From: Intestinimonas sp.
GTDB lineage: Bacteria; Bacillota; Clostridia; Oscillospirales; Oscillospiraceae
Assembly (NCBI GenBank): GCA_022653075.1
Contig: JALCSB010000001.1
Span: 128,327 to 192,326, forward strand
Length of the DNA: 64,000 nt
Reading direction: 5' to 3'
The translations under genes were made by a program, and so were the position numbers. Below, in pieces: positions 9,263 to 18,974 of the stretch (the stretch's first letter is position 1; each line of letters begins with the position of its first letter). The notes beneath the pieces were generated by a model, which ran no database searches, was not told where the DNA came from, and was given only the letters and a program-made list of their open reading frames with translations.

Positions 9263-9992
9263 GGCGCTGGCCTGCCGGTATGATGCGCTGACCACGGATG
9301 TGGATTATGAGGCGTGGGCGGATTACATTGAAAAACAGTTCGCCAGGGCAAAGCTGCCGGTTCATACCGTGCTGGACCTGGCCTGCGGGACTGGTACCCT
9401 GACCTGCCTTCTGGCGGAGCGGGGTTACGAGATGATCGGCGTGGACCTGTCGGAGGAGATGTTGGCGGTGGCGTCGGAAAAGGGACGGGATGTGAAGGGA
9501 ATCCCGCCTATTTTTCTGCATCAGTCTATGGATCGGCTGGATCTGTACGGAACCGTGGACGCGTGTATCTGCTGCCTGGACAGTGTGAACTATATGACGC
9601 GGCCGTCGGCCCTGCGCAGGACCTTTGCCCGGGTGCATCTGTTTCTGATGCCGGGTGGCGTGTTCCTGTTCGACATCAATACTCCGGAGAAACTGCGTGG
9701 TCTGGACGGCGGTATGTTTATCGACGAAACTGAGGACACATACTGTGTCTGGCGGGCAGAGTATTCCACACGCCGCCGGATCTGTACGTATGGGATAGAC
9801 CTGTTTTTCAAAGAGGGTGCTCTCTGGCGCAGAGCGGAGGAGATCCACGAGGAGTACGCCTACGAGACGGACGAGTTGGAGGGCTATCTCCGGGAAGCAG
9901 GCTTCCCGGAGATTCGGCGATTCGGTAATCTAAAGCTTCGTGCACCGAAAAGCGGGGAGGAACGAATCTTCTTCGCGGCACGGAAGGGGTGA
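9249..9992 (+). CDS. class I SAM-dependent methyltransferase
   Basis: VLDLACGTGTLT (motif I), IGVDLSEEML and ICCLDSVNY. Confidence 0.8.
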   Translation: MNSYEALACRYDALTTDVDYEAWADYIEKQFARAKLPVHTVLDLACGTGTLTCLLAERGYEMIGVDLSEEMLAVASEKGRDVKGIPPIFLHQSMDRLDLYGTVDACICCLDSVNYMTRPSALRRTFARVHLFLMPGGVFLFDINTPEKLRGLDGGMFIDETEDTYCVWRAEYSTRRRICTYGIDLFFKEGALWRRAEEIHEEYAYETDELEGYLREAGFPEIRRFGNLKLRAPKSGEERIFFAARKG

Positions 9993-9999
9993 TTGTACC

Positions 10000-10887
10000 G
10001 TGGCGGATGAGCTGGTACGCATGATAACAAAAGACGGTTATGTGAAGGGAATGGCCATTACAGGCCGGAAACTGACCGAACGGGCGCGGCAGATCCATAA
10101 GACGCTGCCGGTGGCTACGGCCGCGCTGGGGCGCACTCTGATGGCCGCGTCCTTGATGGGAAGTATGCTCAAGGAGCGGGAAGGTTCCGTGACACTGCGC
10201 ATCAAAGGGGGCGGCCCGCTGGGCGTTATCACAGCGGTGGCGGACAGCGAGGGCAATCCACGCGGCTATGTGCAGAACGGCCATGTGGAGCTGCCCTTGA
10301 AAGCGCCGGGAAAACTGGACGTAGGAACTGCCGTGGGCCGGGATGGTTTTCTCACCGTGATTAAGGATATGGGCCTGCGGGAACCCTATGTGGGCAGCGT
10401 GGCCCTGGTCAGCGGCGAGATCGCCGAGGACATTACGGCCTACTTTGCTCAGAGTGAGCAGATTCCTACCGCCTGCGCGTTGGGTGTGCTGGTGGACCGG
10501 GACCAGTCAGTGGCCTGCGCGGGCGGTTATCTTGTGCAGCTGCTGCCGGGCGCGCCGGCGGAGATAGTTGACCGGCTGGAGACGGCGGTAGCGGCGCTGG
10601 GTCCCGTTACAACCGCGCTGAGCGACGGTTTGGATGCGGCCGGTTTGCTGCAAAAGGTGCTGGCGGGCGGAGAACCGGAGCTGCTGGAGCGTACGGCGAT
10701 CACGTACCGCTGCCAGTGCAGCAGGGAGCGGGTGACCCGCGCGCTTATCAGTATGGGGAAAAAGGAAATGGGCGATCTGATCCGTGAGCAGGGCGGTGCG
10801 GAGCTAACCTGCCAATTTTGTGACAGGGTATACCATTTTACCAAAGAGGAGCTGGAGCGGCTGCTTCAAAACGCCACAAAAGAGTGA
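10000..10887 (+). CDS. hslO: Hsp33 family redox-regulated chaperone
   Basis: Hsp33 N-domain pattern (ATAALGRTLMAASLMGSMLK, GYLVQLLPG) and the C-terminal zinc centre CQCSRERV...CQFCDRVY. A GTG start at 10000 avoids overlap with the methyltransferase gene. Confidence 0.88.
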   Translation: MADELVRMITKDGYVKGMAITGRKLTERARQIHKTLPVATAALGRTLMAASLMGSMLKEREGSVTLRIKGGGPLGVITAVADSEGNPRGYVQNGHVELPLKAPGKLDVGTAVGRDGFLTVIKDMGLREPYVGSVALVSGEIAEDITAYFAQSEQIPTACALGVLVDRDQSVACAGGYLVQLLPGAPAEIVDRLETAVAALGPVTTALSDGLDAAGLLQKVLAGGEPELLERTAITYRCQCSRERVTRALISMGKKEMGDLIREQGGAELTCQFCDRVYHFTKEELERLLQNATKE

Positions 10888-10959
10888 GAAACGAAAAAGC
10901 GGGGAGCCTCTCCAGGAGGGAGAGGCTCCCCGCTTCCGTATGGATTGGGCAGCATATTG

Positions 10960-12615
10960 CTACAGATCAAAGGCCAGCAGAGCCGCGCCCAGCGCACCGC
11001 ACAGCTGCGCCTCGTCGGAGATAAAAAGCGATACCCCAAGTTTTTCCTCCAGCGCTTTTACCACACCCGCGTTTTTCGCCACGCCGCCGGTCATGCAGTA
11101 GTCGCCCTCCATACCCAGACGGGCCGCCAGCGCGGCGGTTTTAGCGGCCACGGATTTGTTGAGACCATGGACAATGTCGGAGACATCCTTGTTCTGGGCT
11201 ACCAGCGATACCACCTCGGACTCGGCAAACACCGTGCACATGCTGGAAATGGTGATGTCCTCCCGGCAGGTTAGACCGGTGCGGCTCATTTCTTCCAGGC
11301 CCATGCCCAGTGTGCGGGCCATCATTTCCAGAAAGCGCCCCGTTCCGGCCGCGCACTTGTCGTTCATGACAAAATTGATGACATGTCCGGTTCCGTCGAT
11401 CCGAATGACCTTACTATCCTGTCCGCCGATGTCGATGATAGTGCGGATTTTAGGATTTAGAAAAAATGCACCCCGGGCATGACAGGTGATTTCAGTGACG
11501 CTCTGTTCCAGTCCACCGCCGAGATTGGCGCGGCCATAGCCAGTGGCGACGGTACGTGCCAGCTGATCCTGCCTGAGACCCGCGGAGCGGAGCGCGGCTT
11601 CCAGACTTTTTTCGGCGCCGGCGGAGGCACCGGCGCCGGTGGGTACAATGGATGTGCCCACGATTTTTTTGTCCTGATTCAGAATGACAACATCGGTGCT
11701 GGTGGAACCGCTGTCGATTCCCGCCACAAAAAAAACTCCCTCGGTCGGCAATTTGCTTCCTCCTGTCTCCGGGGCCGGGCCGGAGACAGTTTCTGAAAAG
11801 GCCTCCAGCCGCGTCAGTATCTGCCCCTGACTCTGACGTGTATAATCCGTTTCCACTTTTAAAATGGGTACGTCCATCTGACGCCGGATTTCGGCGTACT
11901 CAAACCCATAAAAGTCGCAGAATTTGATGGTGTGGTAGACAATACCGCGCAGGTCAGGGTCCCGATACAGGGCCTGACGGGCGGTTTCGTCGTCCATGCG
12001 GCGGCAGGGGACCTGGTGCAGCAGCTCGGCGGCGTAAGCGTCCAGGGCACTTTCCAGAGTCCCGGCGGCACGCACGCTGTCCCCGTTCAGGCAGCGTCCC
12101 TGTGTGCAGGTAAGGTTCCGGACCGGAAGGGAAAAGCAGCGGGCCATCATCCGCTCCAAATCACGGCCCACCCGCACGCCCAGAATTCCTACATAAGGCC
12201 CGCAATTTTTAGCGTTTGTCCGGAAGGCGGCTTGAAATTTCGGCAGCGAAAATTCCATTCCGCTATACGTGGCATAGGTGTTCAGAAGCCGGTTCAGCTC
12301 ACCCGTGAGCAGGGCGCGGGAGCAGCCGCAGGCTTCGTGGGGCAGATCCATGAGAAACAGAAAATCACATGCTCCGGTGCGCTGGAGTACGTCATAGACC
12401 CGCCGGATGGTGTCGCAGCAGTTCACCAGCACCAGCTCCCGCACGCCGCCGGACAGAACCGCTTCCAGAACCGACTTTCCGAATCCGCACAGATTGGGGT
12501 GAGCGGTTTGTTCCGCGCGGTCAAAGCACTCGGGTATGCGATCCAGTACGGTACAGGTCTGTCCGAAACTGGCCAGCAGCTCGGTGGGTGTGTATTTGCA
12601 GATGGTGTAGATCAT
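10960..12615 (-). CDS. 2-hydroxyacyl-CoA dehydratase subunit fused to a BcrAD/BadFG-type activator ATPase
   Basis: N-terminal half resembles the dehydratase D/beta component. C-terminal half has the FVAGIDSGSTSTDVV, IIDIGGQDSK and CAAGTGRFLE motifs of the ATP-dependent activase. Confidence 0.75.
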   Translation of the reverse strand: MIYTICKYTPTELLASFGQTCTVLDRIPECFDRAEQTAHPNLCGFGKSVLEAVLSGGVRELVLVNCCDTIRRVYDVLQRTGACDFLFLMDLPHEACGCSRALLTGELNRLLNTYATYSGMEFSLPKFQAAFRTNAKNCGPYVGILGVRVGRDLERMMARCFSLPVRNLTCTQGRCLNGDSVRAAGTLESALDAYAAELLHQVPCRRMDDETARQALYRDPDLRGIVYHTIKFCDFYGFEYAEIRRQMDVPILKVETDYTRQSQGQILTRLEAFSETVSGPAPETGGSKLPTEGVFFVAGIDSGSTSTDVVILNQDKKIVGTSIVPTGAGASAGAEKSLEAALRSAGLRQDQLARTVATGYGRANLGGGLEQSVTEITCHARGAFFLNPKIRTIIDIGGQDSKVIRIDGTGHVINFVMNDKCAAGTGRFLEMMARTLGMGLEEMSRTGLTCREDITISSMCTVFAESEVVSLVAQNKDVSDIVHGLNKSVAAKTAALAARLGMEGDYCMTGGVAKNAGVVKALEEKLGVSLFISDEAQLCGALGAALLAFDL

Positions 12616-13883
12616 GAATTCCGAGCCTCCAGAAGTTCTAGAAATGCGTCCAGCCGGGTGGAGACCTGCCCGTCGCTGCTGTTCCCGGGGTCACAGCCGT
12701 CGCCATCCAGAATGAGTGTGGGGAAACCGGCGGCCTCCAGGGACTGCTTAACCATCTGGGCCGCGCCCAGCGTGGCTTTGCAGCCCCAGTGGCAAAAATA
12801 GACGACTCCATCCGCGCCTACGGTCCGCGCGGCCTGAAGTGCAGCTTTCACGCGGTACTCCGCCGAGCCGTTAAAACCGGAGTAGACCATGCGCGCCGCC
12901 ATGGATTCATAGGGCTTGCTCGCATCCATATGAACCAGTCCCTCATAGGACATGTCGCACGCCGCAATGCGGACCCGGTCGCTGAAATTGAGCCGCTGGC
13001 GTACCGGCTGCTGCCAGAAAGGGATGGTATGTAGCCACAGCAGGTTGAGACCGCTTCTTGGGGGAGCGTTCTGAACGTCTTCCAGGCACATCTGGCTGAA
13101 CCGTTCCACCTGAGGCGTACCCAGCAGTACATGGTTCATAAAGGCGGCGTACAGTTCGCTGGTTACGTCGCCCGACAGCCAGTGATCATTCTGAAGAGAA
13201 AGATAGCGACGGTAGTTTTTTGCCGTGCGCGCGCTGCGTCCCACAGCGGCCCGCAGCGCTTCCTCCGGCAGCTTTTGGCCCGAGCAGTCCTCGATAAAGC
13301 GAACCATCTTCCGGAGCTGCTCCGCCACATATCGCACTGCCTCCTCGCTGTGCGCAAAAGGTACATCCACTGCAAAGTCCGGAATGTGGAACCGGCCGGC
13401 CAGATTACGGAAGGTGAGCTGGTTGGCGTCACAGGCCAGATTAGTGTGCAGTACGAACCGGGGAGCGGGCATCACGTGCATCCCTGCCGCGCCGAGAAAG
13501 ACACGGTGATAGGAACACAGCGTTTCCGGCACGCCATCTTCTACGGTATGGTCCAGAAAAGCGCGGTAAGCGCCCGCACCGGTAAGATAGCAGGACAGCC
13601 CTTCCACGGAATAGGGGTGGACGCCCAGGGCTGTCAGCGGCTCACAGGGAACAAAAAGGCTGACCATGGCGGAGTGTTCCGGCCGACGCAGGCAGTCAAG
13701 AATGGACTGCATCATAATCAGGCACAGCTCCCGTTTGGATGGAGGCAGGCCGCGGTCTGGCGCCAGCCGCATCTGCCATTTTTTTGCTTCATAGGCAGCG
13801 ATAAGCAGCCGCCTGGCCCGGACCGGGTGAGCGGGCGCCTGCCGGTCCACAAAGGCGCCAAAGGTATCAATCAGATGGCTCAT
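12612..13883 (-). CDS. 2-hydroxyacyl-CoA dehydratase family protein (alpha-like component)
   Basis: Overlaps the downstream gene by ATGA, suggesting translational coupling. Length and Cys pattern (YFCHWGCK) fit the HgdA/HadB-type fold. The ATG at 13883 is preceded by GAGGGAG. Confidence 0.7.
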   Translation of the reverse strand: MSHLIDTFGAFVDRQAPAHPVRARRLLIAAYEAKKWQMRLAPDRGLPPSKRELCLIMMQSILDCLRRPEHSAMVSLFVPCEPLTALGVHPYSVEGLSCYLTGAGAYRAFLDHTVEDGVPETLCSYHRVFLGAAGMHVMPAPRFVLHTNLACDANQLTFRNLAGRFHIPDFAVDVPFAHSEEAVRYVAEQLRKMVRFIEDCSGQKLPEEALRAAVGRSARTAKNYRRYLSLQNDHWLSGDVTSELYAAFMNHVLLGTPQVERFSQMCLEDVQNAPPRSGLNLLWLHTIPFWQQPVRQRLNFSDRVRIAACDMSYEGLVHMDASKPYESMAARMVYSGFNGSAEYRVKAALQAARTVGADGVVYFCHWGCKATLGAAQMVKQSLEAAGFPTLILDGDGCDPGNSSDGQVSTRLDAFLELLEARNS

Positions 13884-13993
13884 TAAGGGAACTCCCTCGA
13901 TATGGTATAGTTTGGAACAGGTTTGAAATAAAAGCATTCCCCGCCCCAAAGCCGCCAAGGCGGCGCAGAGACGGGGAATGGAAAAAGCAGGGA

Positions 13994-14467
13994 TTACTTC
14001 AGCGGCGGCGGATCTTCCTTAGGGGCGGGTGCAGGGGGAGAATCAGATACGGAAAAGCCAAACAGAATCTTGCGCTTCCCGTAATAGAAGGTGACACAAG
14101 CGGAGAAAAGAAGCCAATATCCAAAGCGTTCCGCACTGGTTATCGCATTGCCGGAAGTGATTCCCAGAAAAATCAAAATCATCAGGGTGAGCTGGATGAG
14201 CGTGTTGAACCACACCAGAACAAAAATACCGTAAAAGCCGATCGGGCGGAACAGCCGCAGTCCGTTCCAAGCCACCACCGCCAGCAAGGCGGAGAAAACA
14301 GAGATAAAAAAAGCAAAGAAGAACTGCACGAAGGAGAGCTGTGCCCGCGCCTGTAGCGCACAGTAAGCGGCATAAAGAGAACCCGCTGTGTTGAGTGGAA
14401 GTAGGAGCATCGTCAGAAAGAGGTGAAATTTAAGTGGAATTTTGTCGCGGAACGAATAATACTTCAT
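13994..14467 (-). CDS. small integral membrane protein, unknown function
   Basis: Four or five predicted hydrophobic helices and a proline-rich C-terminus. Confidence 0.5.
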   Translation of the reverse strand: MKYYSFRDKIPLKFHLFLTMLLLPLNTAGSLYAAYCALQARAQLSFVQFFFAFFISVFSALLAVVAWNGLRLFRPIGFYGIFVLVWFNTLIQLTLMILIFLGITSGNAITSAERFGYWLLFSACVTFYYGKRKILFGFSVSDSPPAPAPKEDPPPLK

Positions 14468-14713
14468 CCTGTGCGCCTCCTAAAATCCCTCAAAAAGCAG
14501 AATAACGCGGTACGGGTGGACTGATCTCTGCCAAAACTATTTTCACTATATTTTATCATAAACTCTTTTCCGCTCCGCGTCAAGAAGCCGCTGCCGGTTA
14601 AGAAGATTCCGGCGGAACCGATAAAAGAGTCCTGGTTACTCGGAATTTGAAAAGAAGAAGATTTTGCTATATAATAAATCAAAACTGAAAAATCGTTCTC
14701 CGGAGGTGTTTCC

Positions 14714-15778
14714 TTGAACGAACTGAAACATTTGCCCATTCCCCTTTTGCAGTGGTATCAGGAAAATGCCAGGGTACTCCCCTGGCGCAGCGACCCGACC
14801 CCTTATAAAGTGCTGGTATCGGAGATTATGCTCCAGCAGACCCGGGTGGCGGCGGTTAAGGACTATTTTCAGCGCTTCATCAAGGTGCTGCCCACAGTGG
14901 CGGATCTGGCCACTGTGGAGGAGGACCGCCTTTTGAAGCTGTGGCAGGGGCTGGGATATTATAATCGGGCGCGAAATCTTCAGAAGGCCGCCCGACAGGT
15001 TATAGAGCAATTCGGCGGGAAGTTTCCGGCCAGCTATGACGCGCTGCGCACGCTGGCCGGGGTGGGAGACTATACGGCGGGTGCCATTGCGTCCATCGCC
15101 TTCGGTATCCCGGTCCCTGCGGTGGATGGGAATGTTTTGCGGGTGGTCTCACGGATTACCGGGAATGGGGACGATATTACCAAGCTGTCCACCAAAAAGC
15201 GGATGAGTCAGGCGGTTGGGGCGGTCATTCCGGTCCGTGCTCCAGGGGATTTCAATCAGGCCCTGATGGAGTTGGGCGCTACGGTGTGCCTGCCCAACGG
15301 CGCGCCCCTGTGTCACCGCTGCCCGGCGGGAGAATTCTGCCGGGCCCGGCAGGAAAACCGAACCGACGCGTTGCCGGTCAGGCCACCGAAAAAGATGCGA
15401 AAAATGGAAAAGAGGACCGTGTTTCTGCTGTTTTATAAGGGGCGGGTGGCCTTGCGCCGCCGGCCGGAACGGGGGCTGCTGGCCGGTTTATGGGAATACC
15501 CCAACGAACTTTTTCCAGTGGAGAAAATTCCGGAGGAGTGGGGCCTCGCAGCGACGGGTGTCTCCTTTGCGGCAGTGGGAAGGCATATTTTTACCCATGT
15601 GGAGTGGCGGATGACCGCCCTGGTGGCCGATCTGGAAAATGACTGCCTGCCGAAAGGCTGGGTGTGGGCCGGCAGGATGGAGTTGGACCGGGATTACGCC
15701 GTTCCCAGCGCGTTTGGGCTGTTCCGTTCTTTTGTGGAAGATCGCCTGCGGGCCGGAGAGAGGAGCGAGAGACCATGA
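14714..15778 (+). CDS. mutY: A/G-specific adenine DNA glycosylase MutY
   Basis: LLQWYQENARVLPWR...PYKVLVSEIMLQQTRV, the HhH-GPD segment, the 4Fe-4S loop CxxxxxxCxxCxxxxxC (CLPNGAPLCHRCPAGEFC) and a C-terminal NUDIX-like domain. TTG start follows GGAGGTG. Confidence 0.9.
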   Translation: MNELKHLPIPLLQWYQENARVLPWRSDPTPYKVLVSEIMLQQTRVAAVKDYFQRFIKVLPTVADLATVEEDRLLKLWQGLGYYNRARNLQKAARQVIEQFGGKFPASYDALRTLAGVGDYTAGAIASIAFGIPVPAVDGNVLRVVSRITGNGDDITKLSTKKRMSQAVGAVIPVRAPGDFNQALMELGATVCLPNGAPLCHRCPAGEFCRARQENRTDALPVRPPKKMRKMEKRTVFLLFYKGRVALRRRPERGLLAGLWEYPNELFPVEKIPEEWGLAATGVSFAAVGRHIFTHVEWRMTALVADLENDCLPKGWVWAGRMELDRDYAVPSAFGLFRSFVEDRLRAGERSERP

Positions 15779-16647
15779 TCTGCAGGCTCTGTCCCCGCGG
15801 GTGCGAGGCTGAGCGGACAGAGACCGCGGGCGGCGGGTACTGCCGGATGCCGTCCCTTCCCGTGGTGGCACGCGCCGCGCTCCATCGGTGGGAGGAGCCG
15901 CCCATCTCCGGAACGCGGGGGTCCGGCGCGGTGTTTTTTTCCGGCTGTCCGCTGGACTGTGTATTCTGCCAGAACGACGGCATCAGCCATCAGGACTTTG
16001 GGAAGAAAATTTCGGTTTCCCGTCTGCGACAAATCTTCCTGGAACTGATCGGTAGGGGTGCCCATAATATCAATCTGGTTAATCCCACGCACTTTGCCCA
16101 CGCTGTGGCAGCGGCGCTGGATGTGCCGCTGCCGGTTCCGGTGGTGTGGAACAGCGGGGGATACGACCGGGTGGAGACACTCCGTGCGCTTACGGGCAAG
16201 GTACAAATTTATCTGCCCGACCTCAAGTACCTGACGGCGGAATTGGCGGGCCGTTACTCCGGTGCGGCCGATTATCCGCGGGCGGCTGTGGCCGCCATCC
16301 GCGAGATGGTGCGCCAGACCGGGCCGTATGTTTTGGAAAACGGCATGCTGCGCTCTGGCGTTCTGATCCGGCACCTGATTTTGCCGGGCTGTCTGCCGGA
16401 GGCCAAACGGGTGATGGACTGGGTGGCGGAGAGTTTTCCACCCGGGACCGTACTGTTTTCCCTTATGCGCCAGTATGTGCCGCTGGGGCGGGCCGGAGAA
16501 TTTCCAGAAATCAACCGCCGGCTCCGAGCCTCCGAGGCGCGCGCTGCGGAGGGCTATATGGCCGACCTGGGCCTGGAGGGCTTTGTGCAGGAGGATGCCT
16601 CCGCGGACGCGGGCTTTGTACCAGCCTTCGATCTCACGGGGGTGTAA
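15775..16647 (+). CDS. radical SAM protein (PflX/YjjW-like activase family)
   Basis: The ATG at 15775 overlaps the mutY stop (ATGA). CPLDCVFCQN is the CxxxCxxC radical-SAM cluster motif. Confidence 0.8.
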   Translation: MICRLCPRGCEAERTETAGGGYCRMPSLPVVARAALHRWEEPPISGTRGSGAVFFSGCPLDCVFCQNDGISHQDFGKKISVSRLRQIFLELIGRGAHNINLVNPTHFAHAVAAALDVPLPVPVVWNSGGYDRVETLRALTGKVQIYLPDLKYLTAELAGRYSGAADYPRAAVAAIREMVRQTGPYVLENGMLRSGVLIRHLILPGCLPEAKRVMDWVAESFPPGTVLFSLMRQYVPLGRAGEFPEINRRLRASEARAAEGYMADLGLEGFVQEDASADAGFVPAFDLTGV

Positions 16648-16669
16648 CGTTTTTAAGCTGTAAAAGAAC

Positions 16670-16722
16670 AAAATGCTCCGCCGGAAGAAACACACGTTTC
16701 TTCCGGCGGAGCATTTTGTTTT
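16670..16722. terminator. bidirectional rho-independent terminator
   Basis: About 21-bp perfect inverted repeat AAAATGCTCCGCCGGAAGAAAC / GTTTCTTCCGGCGGAGCATTTT lying between convergent genes. Confidence 0.85.
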
Positions 16723-16744
16723 GCGGAGCGTTTTGTCTTATGGA

Positions 16745-17326
16745 TCAGATCTCGATTTTGGCACCCAACAGCTTGATAAACTCTCTGCAAATGGCGGTGT
16801 CGCCCGGCCACGCGGGCGCAGTGACCAAGTTGCGGTCCACCACGGCCTGATCCACCGGAACCTCCACATAGGTGCCGCCTGACACAGTGATATCTGGTCC
16901 CACAGCGGGGTAAGCGGTGGCTTTGTAGCCCTTTAGTACACCGGCGGCGGTTAGAATCTGCGGGCCGTGGCAGATGGCGGCCACGGGTTTGCCGGCGGCA
17001 AAGAATTCCTGCACGATCTCAATAACACGAGGATTCAGACGGATGTACTCAGGTGCGCGGCCCCCCGTCAGGAAGAGGCCCGCATAATCGGAAACTTTAA
17101 CCGCGTCAAAGTCGGCAGTCAGGGCAAAATTATGTCCGCGAAGCTCAGTATAGGTTTGCTCACCCAAAAAATCATGGACTGCTGTGGCCACGGTATCGCC
17201 CGCTTTTTTTTCAGGACAGACCGCATCGACCTGGTATCCCAGCATGGATAGCGCCTGGAAAGGGACCATGGTCTCATAATCCTCCGTAAAATCACCGCAA
17301 AGCATCAGAATTTTCTTTTCCATCAC
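16745..17326 (-). CDS. DJ-1/PfpI family protein
   Basis: [10 protein letters not shown] nucleophile-elbow Cys motif. Size and pattern fit PfpI-type class I glutamine amidotransferase-like proteins. Confidence 0.85.
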   Translation of the reverse strand: MMEKKILMLCGDFTEDYETMVPFQALSMLGYQVDAVCPEKKAGDTVATAVHDFLGEQTYTELRGHNFALTADFDAVKVSDYAGLFLTGGRAPEYIRLNPRVIEIVQEFFAAGKPVAAICHGPQILTAAGVLKGYKATAYPAVGPDITVSGGTYVEVPVDQAVVDRNLVTAPAWPGDTAICREFIKLLGAKIEI

Positions 17327-17425
17327 AAAATCCTCCTTTTATTGTGGAAATATATGGCGTTTCTGCCGTTCCTATTGTAACATCGGTGCCGGGTCAATGC
17401 AACGGCATGAGTTATTTTTTACAAT

Positions 17426-18847
17426 TTGTCCACATATCCATGGCAGGGAGGAGGTGACGTCGTGACACTGACCTTGCTGGCCGACCGGCTTTGGAATCCG
17501 TGGCTGCTGGCGGCGTTTCTGCTGACGGGGCTTTATTATTCGGTCCGCAGCGGCTTTTTTCAGATATTTGAATGGAAACTCTGGATGCGCACCGCCATAG
17601 GCGGGCTGCTAAAGCGGCATACGCCGGGGAAGGACGGAGATCTGACCCAGCTTCAGGCCCTGTCCACGGCCCTAGCGTCCACTATCGGAACCGGCAGTAT
17701 CGCGGGTGTGGCTACCGCTATTTTCTTCGGCGGACCAGGCGCGGTTTTTTGGATGTGGGTTTCAGCGTTTTTGAGCATGATGACGGGCTGCGCGGAAAAG
17801 ACGCTGGCGGTGCGTTACCGCAGGCGCGGGCCGGATGGAAAATGGCGGGGCGGGCCAATGGAGTATATGGAAAGAGGACTGCACATGCGCCCGCTGGCGG
17901 CAGTATTTGCGCTGGCCTGCATAGCGGCTTCCCTGTGCGGCGGGGATATGGTACAATCCAATTCCATCGCAACGGCCATGAAAACCGCCTTTGGCTGGGA
18001 CCGGCTGGCGGTTGGAGTGGTGCTGGCAGTTCTGACGGGCCTTGTAATGATGGGCGGCATTGGGCGGATTGGTACGGTATGTGAGCGGCTGGTACCGGCG
18101 ATGGCGCTCCTCTTTCTTTGCGGCGGCGGGTATGTCCTGTGGATCCGCCATACCGCGCTTCCGTCTGCGCTGCGGGAAATTGTACTCTGCGCATTGTCGC
18201 CCCGCGCAGCGCTAAGCGGCGGGGCCGGGTACAGTATGGCCGCCGCGATGCGATACGGGGTGGCGCGCGGCGTATTTACCAACGAGGCGGGGCTCGGCTC
18301 CTCCGCCATGGCCCACGCCGCCGCCCAAGTACGGGAACCGGCGGAGCAGGGCATGCGGGGCCTGTTTGAAGTGTTTTTTGCTACACTGGTTGTGTGTACC
18401 GTTACCGCCCTTGTCATCCTGACGTCCGGCGCCTACGACCCTACGGCCGCAAGGTTTGCCATGGAGGGCGGCATGGCAACGGAGGACATGCTGGGTGCCG
18501 CGTTGTCGGCCCATGCGTTTTCTTCCGTCCTGGGCTGGCTGGGTGGCCCCTTCGTAGCTCTGTGTTTACTGCTGTTTGCATTTTCCTCGCTTCTGGGCTG
18601 GAGTTATTACGGGCAACAGTGCCTGACCTGGCTCACGGGAGGCGTGCGGTGGGCCAGACCGTATCAAATACTGTTTCTGCTGTTTACCGTGGCGGGCAGC
18701 GTGGGAGAGGTGGGAACGGTTTGGCAGCTAGCCGATCTCTGCAACGGACTGATGGCAATGCCCAACCTGCTGGCGCTTCTGCTTCTGTCGCCGGAGGCTT
18801 TGCGCCTTATCTTCGACTGGACGGGTGTGCAGAAGAAAAGCGCGTAG
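17426..18847 (+). CDS. alanine/glycine:cation symporter (AGCS) family transporter
   Basis: LTQLQALSTALASTIGTGSIAGVATAI and TNEAGLGSSAMAHAAA motifs in a polytopic membrane protein. The true start may be the GTG at 17461. Confidence 0.85.
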   Translation: MSTYPWQGGGDVVTLTLLADRLWNPWLLAAFLLTGLYYSVRSGFFQIFEWKLWMRTAIGGLLKRHTPGKDGDLTQLQALSTALASTIGTGSIAGVATAIFFGGPGAVFWMWVSAFLSMMTGCAEKTLAVRYRRRGPDGKWRGGPMEYMERGLHMRPLAAVFALACIAASLCGGDMVQSNSIATAMKTAFGWDRLAVGVVLAVLTGLVMMGGIGRIGTVCERLVPAMALLFLCGGGYVLWIRHTALPSALREIVLCALSPRAALSGGAGYSMAAAMRYGVARGVFTNEAGLGSSAMAHAAAQVREPAEQGMRGLFEVFFATLVVCTVTALVILTSGAYDPTAARFAMEGGMATEDMLGAALSAHAFSSVLGWLGGPFVALCLLLFAFSSLLGWSYYGQQCLTWLTGGVRWARPYQILFLLFTVAGSVGEVGTVWQLADLCNGLMAMPNLLALLLLSPEALRLIFDWTGVQKKSA

Positions 18848-18916
18848 CCCCGGCAGTTTCCATGGGCAAGTCCGGGGACCTGCTGCGGCCCGGGAGCTAT
18901 TTTGTAAAATAAAAAA

Positions 18917-18964
18917 AGCCGATGCTGGAAACAAGATCATATCTGTTCCCAGCATCGGCTTTTG
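18917..18964. terminator. bidirectional terminator hairpin
   Basis: AGCCGATGCTGGAAACA ... TGTTCCCAGCATCGGCT flanked by an A-tract and a T-tract, between convergent genes. Confidence 0.75.
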
Positions 18965-18974
18965 TGAATAGGAT

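Noticed and set aside
9183-10284. Antisense ORFs 9183..9848 (-) and 9808..10284 (-)
   Set aside because: They are antisense to the methyltransferase and hslO genes, which carry diagnostic motifs.
15488-16850. ORFs 15694..16695 (-, 333 aa), 16146..16850 (+), 15591..15983 (-)
   Set aside because: They overlap the radical-SAM gene (CxxxCxxC motif in the chosen frame), have Arg/Pro/Gly-rich shadow-frame composition, and cross a strong terminator.
17572-18912. Multiple ORFs inside the AGCS transporter gene on both strands
   Set aside because: The transporter frame gives a coherent polytopic membrane protein with family motifs. The others are GC-driven open frames.
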